Assembly: GCA_050273025.1 (NCBI GenBank)
Contig: CP158635.1
Location: forward strand, 1,984,001 to 2,048,000
Reading direction: 5' to 3'
From: Cenococcum geophilum
Taxonomy: Eukaryota
Length of the DNA: 64,000 nt
The notes under the pieces are model-generated. The model saw nothing but the letters and a program-made list of their open reading frames with translations. It ran no database searches and was not told the DNA's origin. This document shows positions 37,069 to 50,045 of this stretch, one piece after another. Made by a program: the position numbers and the translations under genes. Positions within the stretch are counted from its first letter, which is position 1. Each line of letters opens with the position of its first letter.

Positions 37069-40000
37069 GCAAACCTGTCCCTCTTTCCGCTCCAAAATTC
37101 CCTCAGCCTTTACCCTCTCTTTAATATCTCAGCTTTCTATACAAGGCAGCGTATTAAATGGCTTCAAAAAAGGGTATTAATAATAACTAGAACTAGAGGT
37201 TTAAAAGTAAACGTAAAGAGATTTTCCGTATAACATTCGCTGAACCTAAGTCTATTAAGGTTAGGAGCTATTCTATACATATATCCTACACTCTAACTAT
37301 TTTACAGATAGAGAAAATATTAGCCTTTTGCCCTAATCCCTCGAAGCTATGCAATTCTTTAGTATTTATACAGTTTACCTAAAATGGGCTGTAGTTAGAT
37401 GGTTACTAGAAGTTATAAAACTTAGAGTTAACGAATAATTAGACGGAATCACTAAGAATAGACGAGATAGACGATTTCATTAGTTAGACGGAATTACTTA
37501 AGTAAAACGGATACTAAAAAGATCAATACGGAGCATAGAAGAAGATACTATCTTTAATAGCGGAAGCTGGGCCGTCCTAGTTAACTGCAATAGAGGACTT
37601 AAGTAGCTAATAAGGGACTTCGACAGGCATAGAGGCTTAAGACGTTAGCTTTGCTTTAATGTAAAAATGCTATTAAACTAGAACCTAATATCGCTATACC
37701 CTAGCCATTAGGAGCGCAGGACGCAAGCCATTAAATACAATATGGCGTTATTATATTGCCGTAGTGTTCTGAAGTTACTGCTAGTAGTATAGTAATGCCT
37801 AGATATTAACCTGCTTAACGGTAATTAGATCTTACCCTCTTTTTAGGAGCTCCTCTTTTTCGGTAAGGCTGTTATATAGTAGCTTCATTTAATTCTACAA
37901 TCTAATAAGTCATTATACGCCAGCAGGGATCGCGATCGGCCCTTTAGTACGCTACTTTAATAACACAATAGGGTGCATAAACTTCGTCTAATTAGTTTAG
38001 GTACATTCTTTGTCAAAGGAGCGCTGGCTATAGTAGACATCTTTACGGCTATATTAAGTTTCTCTTTACTGCTTACTTTTACTTTGCAGAAAACATCTCC
38101 AAAGCTCTAAACTGCTGCTAAGGTTCTGTATAGTACGCTCGATCTTTACCCTATTTATATTTCCTCACCCGTTTAAGTAGTATGGTTGAAGCTTATACAA
38201 GACAGCGCTATGCGTTAAAGGAGCTTTTTTACGGCGACAATTTAAGAATAGGTAAGCGGTTCGTCCCTTAAGGTATACAACTCCCTAAAGTAAGTTTGCC
38301 TTCTAGGGCGAAAAGCGATCTTCTTATATAGCGGAGATGGTGGGTACGCTTATAGTAGGCTTAAATGTAATTATATATAATAATAGTAGGGCTAACTAGA
38401 TAATGGATGTTAGCATTAAATAGACTAACCTTTACCAAAAAGGCGGCGATAGAACAACATACAGGCCATAAGGCAGCGGGGAGGTAATCTAATTAGAGAC
38501 CTGCTCTACGCCGCTACTAGGCTAGTTAACGTTAAACAAAGAATATTAAGCAACTAAATTACAGCGGGTGAAATATAGGCTGTCAGCAAAAGGTTTAGTT
38601 TAAGTATCTATATAATATCTATCTATTAATAGTTCCCCACTATATAGCTCTAGAAGGCGAGGTATCCACTAACTATTAACACTATAAGGAAACCCACCGA
38701 ATACTAAACTGCCACTTCCCTATATAGTCTCCCTTTAGAATATATATTCTTAAGTTGCCTCTTATAAACCCTCTATAGGGTTTGGCCGCATGCCGTAAAA
38801 CCGGCGAGATAAGCTTTTCGTAACGTAGGTTCTGTGGAAACATTAAAAGTAAAACCCTCTACTATATTAACTAAGAGCTCCGCACCTTGGCTTATATATA
38901 TTTTATCAATAGTAAGGGTCGCTTAATACTTGGTTTCTTAAAGGGTCACCTCTACATCCACAAAATAGGTGGTAAAATTTATATTAGACACCTCTGTAAT
39001 CTACAACATTAGGATTTTATCCTCTATATTAGATAAATAGGGGCCCTACTTTTAGGGATAGAATCTCTTCGTCCTTAAATGTTCTATAATTTTCAGACGC
39101 AATAAACTTCTTATAGCTCGCAACGCCTAATACCCACTCGTTTACGGTAGAATCTATTGTATTAGGAAGGGCAATAGTAATTTCGGTAGAATGATAAGAT
39201 AATTTTCAAGGCGACAGAGATAAAGGTCTTGTATAATTAAAGCTAGATACTAAGGAGGGTTTAAAGAGCCTATTTATGCGTGTGCGGGTCAGGCTAGATT
39301 GACTAAATACGGCCCCTATCTCCAACCTGGTATTACGGATACGTATACTATCTTATAGTTTCCCGACAAAAGCATGCGGTATAATGTAGTTGCTGCGGAT
39401 GACAAAGACCGGTAAATGCCTATATGCGAGGCGTTAAGCCGAGACTGTAAACAGGAGGGTACTACGATGCATATTCGGAGGCTGTAAATGGACGAATACT
39501 GCTTACTTCTAGTCATGCTCTAGATAGTGACGGAGTGCGAGATGATTAATAAGCAATAAAGGTTAGGGATGGCTTAAAGCCGCTATAAGATGAACGTAAC
39601 TGCATAAAGCGGGGCAAATGCGTATAGCTAGCATGCTTATTATTAGGAGGTCACTAAAGGAGGTCTCGCGGCCAATTCATTAGACAATAATAGTACTTAA
39701 GTAAGCTAGATGCACTTTAAAGTATACTCTAAGCACTAGAAGAGAGTAGATATATAATAATATACGGATGAAATACTTATAGATAAGAACTATCCGAATA
39801 TGGGCTTAGGTAAAAGTGTTTATCAGCCCTCCGGTCGTTTGGTATTACTCCCACTATATAATAAAATTGCCTTTTTATGGACTCTAGGCAAGTCTACCTT
39901 AGTTTCCGATAGCTAATAGTATAGGCTTCCCACTAGTACCAATCTATGCTTTTCACTTCTTCTGTTTAAAGGCCCACTTTAGAAAATAACAGCAAATTGC

Positions 40001-40942
40001 ATTTTCCTTCCCGCTGCTGGAATTTTACTACTATCCAAATACGTATAGCAAATAGTGCTGCGGTATATTTAAATTGTATTCTACGGCGCTCTTAATTGCC
40101 GCGCTTAGGACATCGGAGAAGTTTTTAGGGATTATTACAATAGCAGATAATAAGCTGTATAATTAAAATGTCGTAGCTTACTATAAAGTATAAATACAAA
40201 GCGTTTAGGGTTAGGGAAGAAGACCTTACCTAGTACGACTTGATTATTACTACTAACACCTCCTAGTCGCTCTTAAAGTCATAGACCGGAGGAAAAGTTT
40301 AGAAATTAGGCTTTCTAGCCAATGTAATAAAGCGGTAGTTCTAGTAGGTAGAAAGGCTATTTCTAGTAATAAGAAGCCACGATATTGCTACAGCGGCTAA
40401 TAGTTGGTAGAGAGTATTATAGATAACTCCTTTAACGGGCTACGCGAAAAGCCTATTTATATTACGCGAGAGTACTCTATATAGCGTTCAGATACATTAA
40501 GGGGCAGTTTAGCCAAGTTACCCTTTTCGGAATATCACGGTAGGTTTTAGGGCATTTTTCATTATTAATCCCACTCCTCTATACTAAATGCCCGTAGAAG
40601 ACTAATTAGGTATAGATAAGCTACAACTAGTAAGCAGGAAGGCTACGGATTAAATAGGCGGTAGAGGTATATATAGTTAAACGTAAGGTACGGGATGCCT
40701 ATAGGGTTAGCAGGTATAGAAAGGTGCGAGCTATATAGCTGCTTACTTTTAATTGCTTTTAGGGTTTAGTATTAACTCTAGAGGTCTTCTAGTGGTTTAT
40801 TTATATACTAGTCGGTAAATTACAGCAGTGGTTATAGTAGTGGATTCTCCTTTTAGTAATCGCCGTCGTTTAGGGGGATTAGGGGCATAAACATATTTAA
40901 TGAACTTCGTATCTCTCTAAGTAAGAAGAGGAATAGGTTTAC

Positions 40943-41359
40943 AGCGAGGCATAAAGTTAACCTAGTTTAAAAGCGAAGGGCGCTACTAAAAGCGCTAATA
41001 TAGCTATAGCTATATTAGCGTTCTTAGTAGCGTCCTTCGCACGACCTTGAGTACCCCTGCGGATACTCTCTTTTACACCTATTCCCATACAGTAGGACGC
41101 CACCGCAATGCCCATAAGCCTTCGGCGATCGCAATCCCCTATAAAAGGGGATACCTATTTAAGAGAAAGTATAGAGACCTTTAACGCCTTAACAAAGATT
41201 AATAGGTTGCTTTAATAACTACCAAGTTTAGCATGGCTTTACCTCTACGGCACTAAGCTCTAAGAAAAGGAAAGAAGTGCTTACTATCTCTTTGCTAGGG
41301 AAGCTGGCGTTGGCTTCCGGAGAGGGAAGTTCCTAATTGGATATATCTAAATTTTAATA
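40943..41359 (+). repeat. Segment R copy 2 (417 bp) with 68-bp palindrome at 40973-41040
   Basis: Aligns with 36570-37068. Palindrome arms are 34 bp with three transition mismatches. Confidence 0.9.
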
Positions 41360-42257
41360 GCATCGTAAGGGGAGGATAAAAACTTGGGGGTATATAGAGA
41401 ATTGTACCCCGGCGGCTGGAGGTATATATTAACTATAAGTTGCCCCGTTGCCCTAACGCCTCGCTAATTTTTCCTACCTTATATTCTCCCACACTTATAA
41501 TATTTACCCTATTTCTATAATATTAGGCCTAATACTATATAGATCCTACTTTTATCCTTGCTGGTATTACAGTTCTAATTTCCGTGCCCGTAGTAATATT
41601 TAGCTATTCTACTACTACTCAAAATATCTATTTTATAGAGTCTCCGAAGTTCGTTTATTTGTAGTAGCCGTAGGTTTTTCTTATCGCTGGTTATATAGGT
41701 TGTTTCTTTACTGTCATTATAGCAGGTATATTTATATTATTAAATTGGGTAAGGCCTAAGGAGTAGGCCTATTATGGCTTTACAAAGGCTAGCTTAATAC
41801 TGTTGTTATATAGCATACCAGTTCTTAGTCTACTTTTTCCATCGTTGTTAATTTGCGAGCTGAGCCTATAAAACTACTAGGATCTAAGATACCAGCCCTT
41901 CTCGTATATAAAGCGTCTAGGTAGGGTAATATGTCTCCGTAAACCTAGATTGCCAAACATAGCGTATTAACCGTAATAAGTATATAAGCCCACCTCTATA
42001 TCCTTGCATTCCCTATAAGGAGCTATAATATTTACCAATTATAGCTTTTCTAGAATGCGTAGATCGGACGGGGGTGTTAAATATCTTAGTAGAATAGTAG
42101 CTTGCTTTTAATATATACGAAAAGGGGAAGAATTAGCCGGCTTAGCCTATAATTATACTTGCCGTTAGATAGGGTTAAATTTAGATATAATAGAGAGTTC
42201 CTTAACCTTAGATTTATTCTGTTAGGTTAAGCAACACTCTATTAGCTCTAACAGAAA

Positions 42258-45050
42258 ATGAAAACTACTCTTCCTTTTTAATAGCCTCTTAGCCTTTATA
42301 CCTCTAATAGGATGCCTTTAGAATCCTCTCTAACGTACGTTACTTCTACGGGGGCTCCTAAGGACTTAGGCACGCTATAAGCCCCACCAGGCCCTACTAA
42401 TGCGGAATAGTCGTTAATGTTTTCTCTTATTAACTAGTATAGCAATTATTTCCTTTATCCGATTATCTTGTGCCTTATATATAAGGTATAACTAGCTAGA
42501 CATTTCTAGTGCTTACGTTTACCATATTTAGACGCTGCGAAATACCATATTAAAAGGGTTTAAAAATCCACAAACTTGTAATACTATTCTGAATTACAAA
42601 TTCTATTTAGAGGATAGAAAGGGAAGGATCATTCCGCTAGACGCTTAGGGACCATTTACAATAAGATATATAGAGAAAAGGAAGTCGGGCAAGGTTATAA
42701 GAATTATAGTATCGCCCCTATTTTTCACCCTTGTGGTTAATAATACTCTATTACGGGTTGTGTTACCTATAAACTTATACTGCCCTATTAAGGTATGTTA
42801 ACTCAAACTTGGTATAAGAGCCATATCTTACCACTATTCTAGGGCATGCGTAGGGCCATTCTCTACGCCTTATACTAGCTCTATAGGGATATGGATATAA
42901 ATATAATTAAGGCCGTAGAACAAGATCGGTACCAGCTTAAGGATTAATAAAGTACACTCGTTCTCCCAGTATGCTTTAACTACCTAAGTGGCATAATAGT
43001 TAAGTTGATTATATCTAATTCGTGTAATTCTGCGTCTCCTACTCCACCTCCTACTTTACCTCCTACGCCAGCTCTATCTTAAGCTTCCTCTCCTACTCCA
43101 TACTATCTGCCTTTAATCGTCACTTAGACAGAGATACTAGTTATTGTTGTTAATTAAGAATTATTACCTAGGATTGGTGGTTATGGCAGTAGATATATGT
43201 TAATTGTAATAGTTGCTAAAGCTGCATCCGAATACTTGGGCGGGGGTCATTATATATAGAAAGAAGAGGCAAAGACTCTCCTCAATTAAGTAAAGAATGC
43301 TACCAAGTATTGTATTAACAAAATGGATAACACTAATTAAGGTAGCTATAAACCAGGAACTATACGACAGCTTTAGTTAGTAATTAACCTCTTAAAATAG
43401 GTTAAGTGCCAGGGATTACGCGGTAAACTATTAACCTTTACTTTACCTAGAAATGGCTCAGACTATTATATAATTAGTATCCTTTTAGAGGAACTAATAG
43501 ATAACCTTTTTATTATAGATTGTTAGATTCCTTAAGGGGAGTAACATTAGGGGTTAGATCTATTAAAGTTCCTTATAGGAGAAGATGGGAAGATGGCCTT
43601 AGAGGAAGACGGGGAGTTAGTCTTAGAGAAAGACGGGGAGTTAGTCTTAGAGGAAGACGGGGAGTTAATCTTAGAGAATAATCTTAGATAATCTTAGATT
43701 TTCAATGCGTATTATTTTACTCCTATTAGAGGTAGAGGAAGACGTGCCCTAGAATAGGTAGTGCGGAGGACGTTTAAGGAGGCTATAAAGTTTGGGTATA
43801 CTAATGTACCTAAGGCTAGGCAGCTCCTCATTATACCTATAAAGACTAATCGCTAAATCTAATCCACTTTATTAAAATTCCTAGCTATGACCGTAGATGC
43901 GATTGCGGGACTGTTATAGCAGTTATAGAGTGCGGTAATTGCTAGGAAGATTGGGGTATATTAGTTAGGACAAGTAAGAATAAAAGGAGACGTAAAGGAG
44001 ACGTATATAACCTGACGCATCCTATACTAAAGCATTAGCTACTTCGCTAGCAAACTATTCTATACTTATAATAACTTATAATTAATAAGGTTATACTAAT
44101 AACCATCCTCAAGTTTATAGTCTGTTACCTTACCCCTTTAAAGTCCAACTATTTTATAACCTAAAAGGAAGAATGGTACGTCTAGCAGTTAAAGTAGTAG
44201 TTTAAGTATGGACTAACATTCCATTATAAAGGCGTAGGCTATGGCATCTAAAGACGGTCTCTTAAATACTAATTATAAACAGTTCTCTTACTAGCTCTTT
44301 AAGTGTCGACTAGGGGAAATATACGACCTTTTAATGGGGATACTAAATAAAAAGAACCCCTAAGAGGCGTAGGGCCTTATAACAAGTCTTTTAAAGCTTA
44401 TTCGGTGTACTTATAGTAAGATCGGTAATAAGACTCCTCTACTTAGGATACAGGTCATAGCGGAAAGCTTTAAAGCATATACAGATATTTGCAAAGAAGG
44501 CTACGACGCAGAGAATACTAGGGGGTTCTTAAGGATTATAGAATGCGCTCTTAAGGTCGCTATGGACAGAACGCTCTACTCTAGCAGTGTTCGCCTAGCT
44601 ATGTTAGATAATCTACAAGATCTACCACTTGTCTATATAGGAGGGCTCTCCAATTCCCTAGTATTTCAATTATAGCGGCTAAGCTACAACAAATGCCCCG
44701 GGGGCCCCCTGAGATACTTTAAGCTTTAAATTCTTAACGCATTCTTAAACTGTAATCCAATTTTTGTTTTAGAGGATTTTTATAATCTAAGTAAATAAGA
44801 AGAGTTTCTAAAAACCCTTCCCTAGAGATGCCTCCGCGCAAGAAAGGACGGTAGGGTTATTGTTAGTATCGTAATAGTAAGCGGCTTAAAAGAAGAGTCC
44901 TTATTTAATAGCGATAAAGGTACACGCAAACCTCACTTAATATTAAATAATTCGCTAATAAAGTTAACAGCTTATCTTAAATACCTTAAAGAAGACGTTT
45001 AAAGCCTAAGTAAAGACAGAGATATGGGGGCGCTTAAGTTATACCGTATG
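42258..45050 (+). pseudogene. Large hypothetical gene with possible fungal ubiquitin-like domains near the N-terminus
   Basis: Long reading frames with RIP-type stops and an intron near 42793-42842. ...K/GMRRAILYAL...IKAVEQDRYQLKD**STLVLP... and ...FYLEDRKGRIIPLDA*G... resemble the fungal ULD_2 pattern (GMxxLI...VxxGxYxL....ILP..W). Confidence 0.4.
43575..43677 (+). repeat. 24-bp tandem repeat (~4 units) encoding LEEDGELV-like units
   Basis: ttagaggaagacggggagttagtc-type units at 43599, 43623 and 43647, plus a degenerate unit at 43575. Confidence 0.9.
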
Positions 45051-45559
45051 TAAACCGAAGCTATAAAATCCAAGTATGTGTTATATAGAAGTCTAATACT
45101 TTTAACTAACTCGGTATAGGTACTTCAAAGGGAGTAAATTTAAAGTTAATATACTTGCCGTACTCGGGACTTATCAAGCCCGCGGTTATAGGACATCGCT
45201 GCTAGATACATGCGTAAAGCGGGCTAAGTCTTATTCTAGCAGCATAGCTAGATCATTTACACCTTAGAGCAAAAATATTGCTAGGAGGGCTGGGTTTAAT
45301 ATTAAGGATTGCCCTATAAAATATAGAGATTCGTCTTTTATTATAGCTCTTAGCGTTTATTTAGATAATCGCGATACAGCAGATATGGGGGGCCCAGCGC
45401 AGGGTAGATCTTATTTTTATTAAGCGCTAATATATATAAAACAATAAGTAGGCGTAAAAATTGTTGCAAATCAACTAGCTCTACTTATCCCCTATATTTA
45501 AATTCGCTGCTGTTTTTAATTTAATGAATTGCGGTAGTGTGAGCTTGGAATCCCTAGTG

Positions 45560-47172
45560 ACTTTATATTTTCCAATAGTATATACCAAACTGCGAAGGGT
45601 ACCGCGCGGTAGTGTTATCCTAGAAGAATAACTATAAAGTAGTATAATCGTCTCTAGGTTATCCAGTATTATGTATTATTACTTTCCCAAGTTTCCAGCT
45701 AGAGATAGTGGCCGCTTTAAGGTAGACATTAAAGTTTTAAATACGGTGGTTAAGGAAAGGCTAGATATTCGTGCGCCGTTTAGTAAGTAGGAGGATAAGT
45801 TAAAAGATAATAAAAGCAATAAGCCGCTTTGTTACCTAAAGGTATCAGCATAGGTCTTCTAAATATTTTATATAGTGCTTACTTTACTCCGTGTGCAATA
45901 AAGCTAAGTCGTAATAAGAAGTATTATTATTTGGATTTTTAAGAAACGGATAAATCTAGTTGCTTAAGGGCGTAACATATAGGCTAAGCGTTATAAAGGG
46001 GTACTTATCCTGTTTCTAAAGTTAGAACAACTTAGCGTATTTAATTATCTAGGTATTTAATATATGCCTACGTTCTAAGCTCTAGATCGTGCCGTCTCCT
46101 TTAGTCACCTTTAGAGCTAGGCCATAATCTACTTTTAGAGCAATAAAAGGAGGTACATAGGCTCTTTAGTAGGGAGACTTGCTAGACGGAAACTAGGAGA
46201 GATAGTTTAAAGACAAAAGCTTAAAGGTATACAATTAATGGCGGAAATTAAAGCCTAGGTAGATACTAAGACGTAGATATAAGGGGTATGGAACATAATA
46301 TAGGAGGGAATATAATGGTTTAAATAGAGACAATGCCCCTATTAAATTTTCAGCTATAGAGCCCCCCTTTAGCGTCTCACAGCCACTGGTATAAGTTTAG
46401 CTAATACTAATATACCTACTTCTCTTGCTCCGCCTTATAAATAGGGAATCTTAGTTCGTGCTATATAGGGACTAAAGGAATGACGGGCTGGTAAAAGGGC
46501 TAATATAGGTACCGTCCAACTAATTGTAAGGGGAAGTCCGTTCTATAAGTAATAATCCCAAATGATAGACTTCCAGACATTTCAGCTAGATAAATGCTTT
46601 GGATCCTCCGTGGTCTAAAAAGTAGACAGTAAATCTAATGCTACTCTTATATACTAATCTTTCTATTATAGTAGGGAGGGTAAACACGGCGCTATAGATA
46701 TAAGATCTATTTAAATGCCGTAAGGGACAGAGCTAGTAGGTTGACGACTGCCTATAGTGCCTGCTATCCGTCTAGGGACAATTTCCGTTAAGTTTGGTAA
46801 GGTATAACCTATTAGGATATATGCAAAAGGATAAGGCAGACTTTAATAGGTTACTGAGGCTGGCTGGGAGATTGGTTAACGGCAGCCAACACAGCTATCG
46901 AACTCTGTACAAGTAGCAAGGTAGTGGCGGCCTACGCTCCTTTTACGCATGTGCTAGTCAAAATAGAGGCGCATTAATTGTTAAGCTGGAAATATTGGTA
47001 CTATATAGCTATATTATTAATGCAGCCGCTAAGACTGGCTATCTTTTGTAGCTCTGGCGCCGAATTTATACTTTAGCTTCTATACAGCTTGGTTTTTAGC
47101 CCTCCCTAGAGTAACTAAAGCTAATGCCGAAAAGTTAGGCCTAATAGCAAAACCCTAATCCTAGAAGAGCAT
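45560..47172 (-). pseudogene. Hypothetical protein pseudogene, intron near 45836-45882
   Basis: Extended minus-strand frames with sparse RIP stops (RAYVPPFIALKVDYGLALKVTKGDG..., KYPFITLSLYVTPLSN*IYPFL...). Family not recognised. Confidence 0.4.
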
Positions 47173-49236
47173 GATAATGACTAAGGCGCGTATTTAACCA
47201 AAATGGTTAAGAGTAATAAAGGTAAAGCCGGAGCAAAACGTGTAGAGAAAATTTAGAGGAGAGGGGCCGTAGGAGTAGGAGAGAAGGGATTATTTAAGAG
47301 ACCGCTATACGCCTACGAGTATTATTAGTATAAAATCTTAAAGTGGTAGTTAGGGCAGTAAATGTCATTAATTGGCCTTATAAAGTAATGCGGCTAGAAA
47401 AGAGATAAGGGAAAGTTTAGGGGGGAGACGGCGGTAGCGGGAAGTGCAATAGAGCTTAGGGTGTTAATATTAGGTTAAAAGATAAGGGCGCGCCAAACTA
47501 TAAAAGGGCAGTTTATGTAATGCGCAACCATAACGATTAGCCAAGCCGTATAATACTCTTATACCTTAAATAGATTATTAGGACCAAATGCTGCCACTAA
47601 GGCATTCTCTTAAGGTAAAAGTAATAGTCGCTAATATAAGTACAACCTATCTACTATTTATTTGCTAAAGTAATTTAAAGATTAACTCCTAGCGTCCTAT
47701 AATCCAATAGGAATAACAGCTGCTTAAATACCTACTATTTACTAAAACTTACCGCTTGTCTCTTAACAGACTGTTATAGCATTTAATAAGACTTATAGCA
47801 ACCTAGACTTTTAGGTTAGATAGTTTATACCACGCCGGGAGGATATATTATACCTTATCTCCCTTAAGATACATTCTAAACGCAACCTCAACTAATAGTT
47901 TCATAGCGTCCTCTATTATTTTAACCCTTTACTCTAGGGTTTTACCTTATTTCTATAGTTGCCACTCTATTAACCAAATTAAAAAAATAGTTCGGAGGGT
48001 ATATATACCCGTAAAGCTATAAGCTCCGCCTCCATACTCTCCAGTTTCTCCACCCTTTACTATAAGGCTACCCTTTCCTTCTGCGGTTACCGCTTATTAA
48101 ATAAGGAAAACACTTTACAGGGGTATATATACCCTTTTAACCGCTAACTCATCCTCTAGACTTTCTATATATAGAGTGGGAGCATATAACTCTTAATCTT
48201 AATTTTCAGAAATTTAACTAGATGCCTTACTATTCCCACTAACATTAGGGTATAAGAAGTTCCGCGTAATCGAGCTGTTAATAGATATATCCTATAACGA
48301 ACAAGTTAGGGGGTTGCTTGGAGGATTTAGGGGGGCAAGGAGATATTAAAATACTTACTGATGTTAATAACTAATAACATTCTCTACGTCGGTAATATAC
48401 GTAGGTGCATTACTATCATTAGAAGACGGTTAAAAAGCCATTCTATAAATCGAAAGGTTAATGGAATTGCTAAGAGCTAGTTAGGTACCGAGCGTGGCGT
48501 TATATATTCGGTAGCTGCCCCTTAAGTATTTAATTATTTAATAAGAGCTTCCCTTATAACATTTTTATAAATAAGTAATATAGGTTATTAGACAAATGTT
48601 ATAAACCCCTAGTATAGGAGCAACGACATAAACAGCTGAAAAACGTCTAGTAATATAAAATAGCGTAATTAACGGGCGTCGCTTAGTGTTAGGTAATAGT
48701 ACGCAATTACCAATTCTCCCTTAATGTCCTACTCTGCGCCACCACGTCTAATATGCGGTGAAGGTACTTTGTAAAGTATAGAAAAGCTTCGGTAGGGGGC
48801 CAGCGTTAATATAATGTAGGTTAAACGGAGTCTACGCTTATAAATAGGGGATGATCTTGGCTGTAAGGGATCTGGCTAATCTAGCCTAGCTTATGTAATC
48901 CTAGCCTATACGCGGCATAGTCGTGGTCCGCAACCACCTAAGAGAAAACCCTTACTAGCTTAGAGGAGCTAACCCTTGTAAGGCCCGTTAAATAAGCTTT
49001 AAAAACTAAATTACAAAGCTTACCATGCTTATTATCTTAGGTAGAGGGGTAGGTAAGGCAAGTGAGGTAGATAAGGTAGATAAGGTGGGTAAGGTAGGTA
49101 AGTAGGTGAGTAGGTAAGTAGGTAAGTGGGCGAGGTGGTTATAGCCATTCCTATCTTATTAGCTTGTTAATAATATAAAGATCCTTAGGGATTCTGCTAT
49201 AAGAATATACCTAAAAGCATATACATTAGCCCAAAA

Positions 49237-50045
49237 ATGGTTAACCACCCAGATCTAATTTTTACTACATTCTGCAGGTAAGTTTGCAGCTATAGAATTT
49301 AATATAAAGAAAGACTTACTTGCGACTAGGAGCTATAACTTTGACATTATTACTATCTATACCAGTGGCGCAGGCGATAATAATATAAAATTATATACCC
49401 CGCGCACGCTTCTATACAGTATTAGTAATCGCTTTTTTAACGAGCTGACCGGGAGCCCCAAAAAGCTTAAAATAAGTGACTTAAATTACAAGAACTACCC
49501 TTTATACCTTTTAGTTGCTTTCTTTAACTGGATTTTTTATAGCAAATTATACCCAGGCGAGAGATACATCTATAATAACTATATAGGCTATATTATATAT
49601 ATCTACAAGTTTGCAAGGGAGGATATTGCCTATTTAGGACTACGAGACTATACACTGAGGACCTTGGTTGGGTTTAGGGAATATATTAAAAATGTTAAAA
49701 GTTTGTTAGTAACCGTATCCTATACCTTTTTCCCCCTAGATTCCGGAGATGCGGTGTTAGATTTTCTTAATAAATCTCCGCTTTTTAGAATTATAGTAAT
49801 GATTACCGCCTACCGTCTTCTGGAACTTAATCCCAACACTATAAAAGCCAACGTGTCGGAACTTAATATTGAATTTATAGCTCTAGAAGGTGAATATATA
49901 GGTGAGTTCCTATTTATAAATAGTTCTATTAAGATTTAATCTAGCTTCTACGAGGTAGTTGCCAAAGAGATAAGCGAGATAGGGGTTCCGCCAAAATACC
50001 CTAGGTTTAAAGGAAGCTAAAGGTACCTTAAGTATAAAACTTAAA
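49237..50045 (+). pseudogene. BTB/POZ-like protein, one early intron; includes ORF 49664-49939
   Basis: MVNHPDLIFTTFC/..FDIITIYTSG...LYTPRTLLYSISNRFFNEL...NYPLYLLVAFFNWIFYSKL...IYKFA...GLRDYTL...SPLFRIIV fits the BTB-plus-helical-tail pattern. Confidence 0.6.

Noticed and set aside
37158..37520. Chromodomain gene (IEKILAF... motif) next to segment R
   Set aside because: An ATG and an intron are visible, but too few conserved residues to support a domain call.
37850..40890. Additional minus-strand pseudogenes (similar cases at 7155-8250, 24400-25480, 50700-52390, 55900-56830 and 63500-64000)
   Set aside because: They look like decayed coding sequence, but I could not assign reliable frames, boundaries or families.
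45560..46000. RNase H-like domain suggested by ...TLSL(H)VTP...NKAA(H)
   Set aside because: Resemblance is limited to a few residues; no catalytic acidic motif identified.
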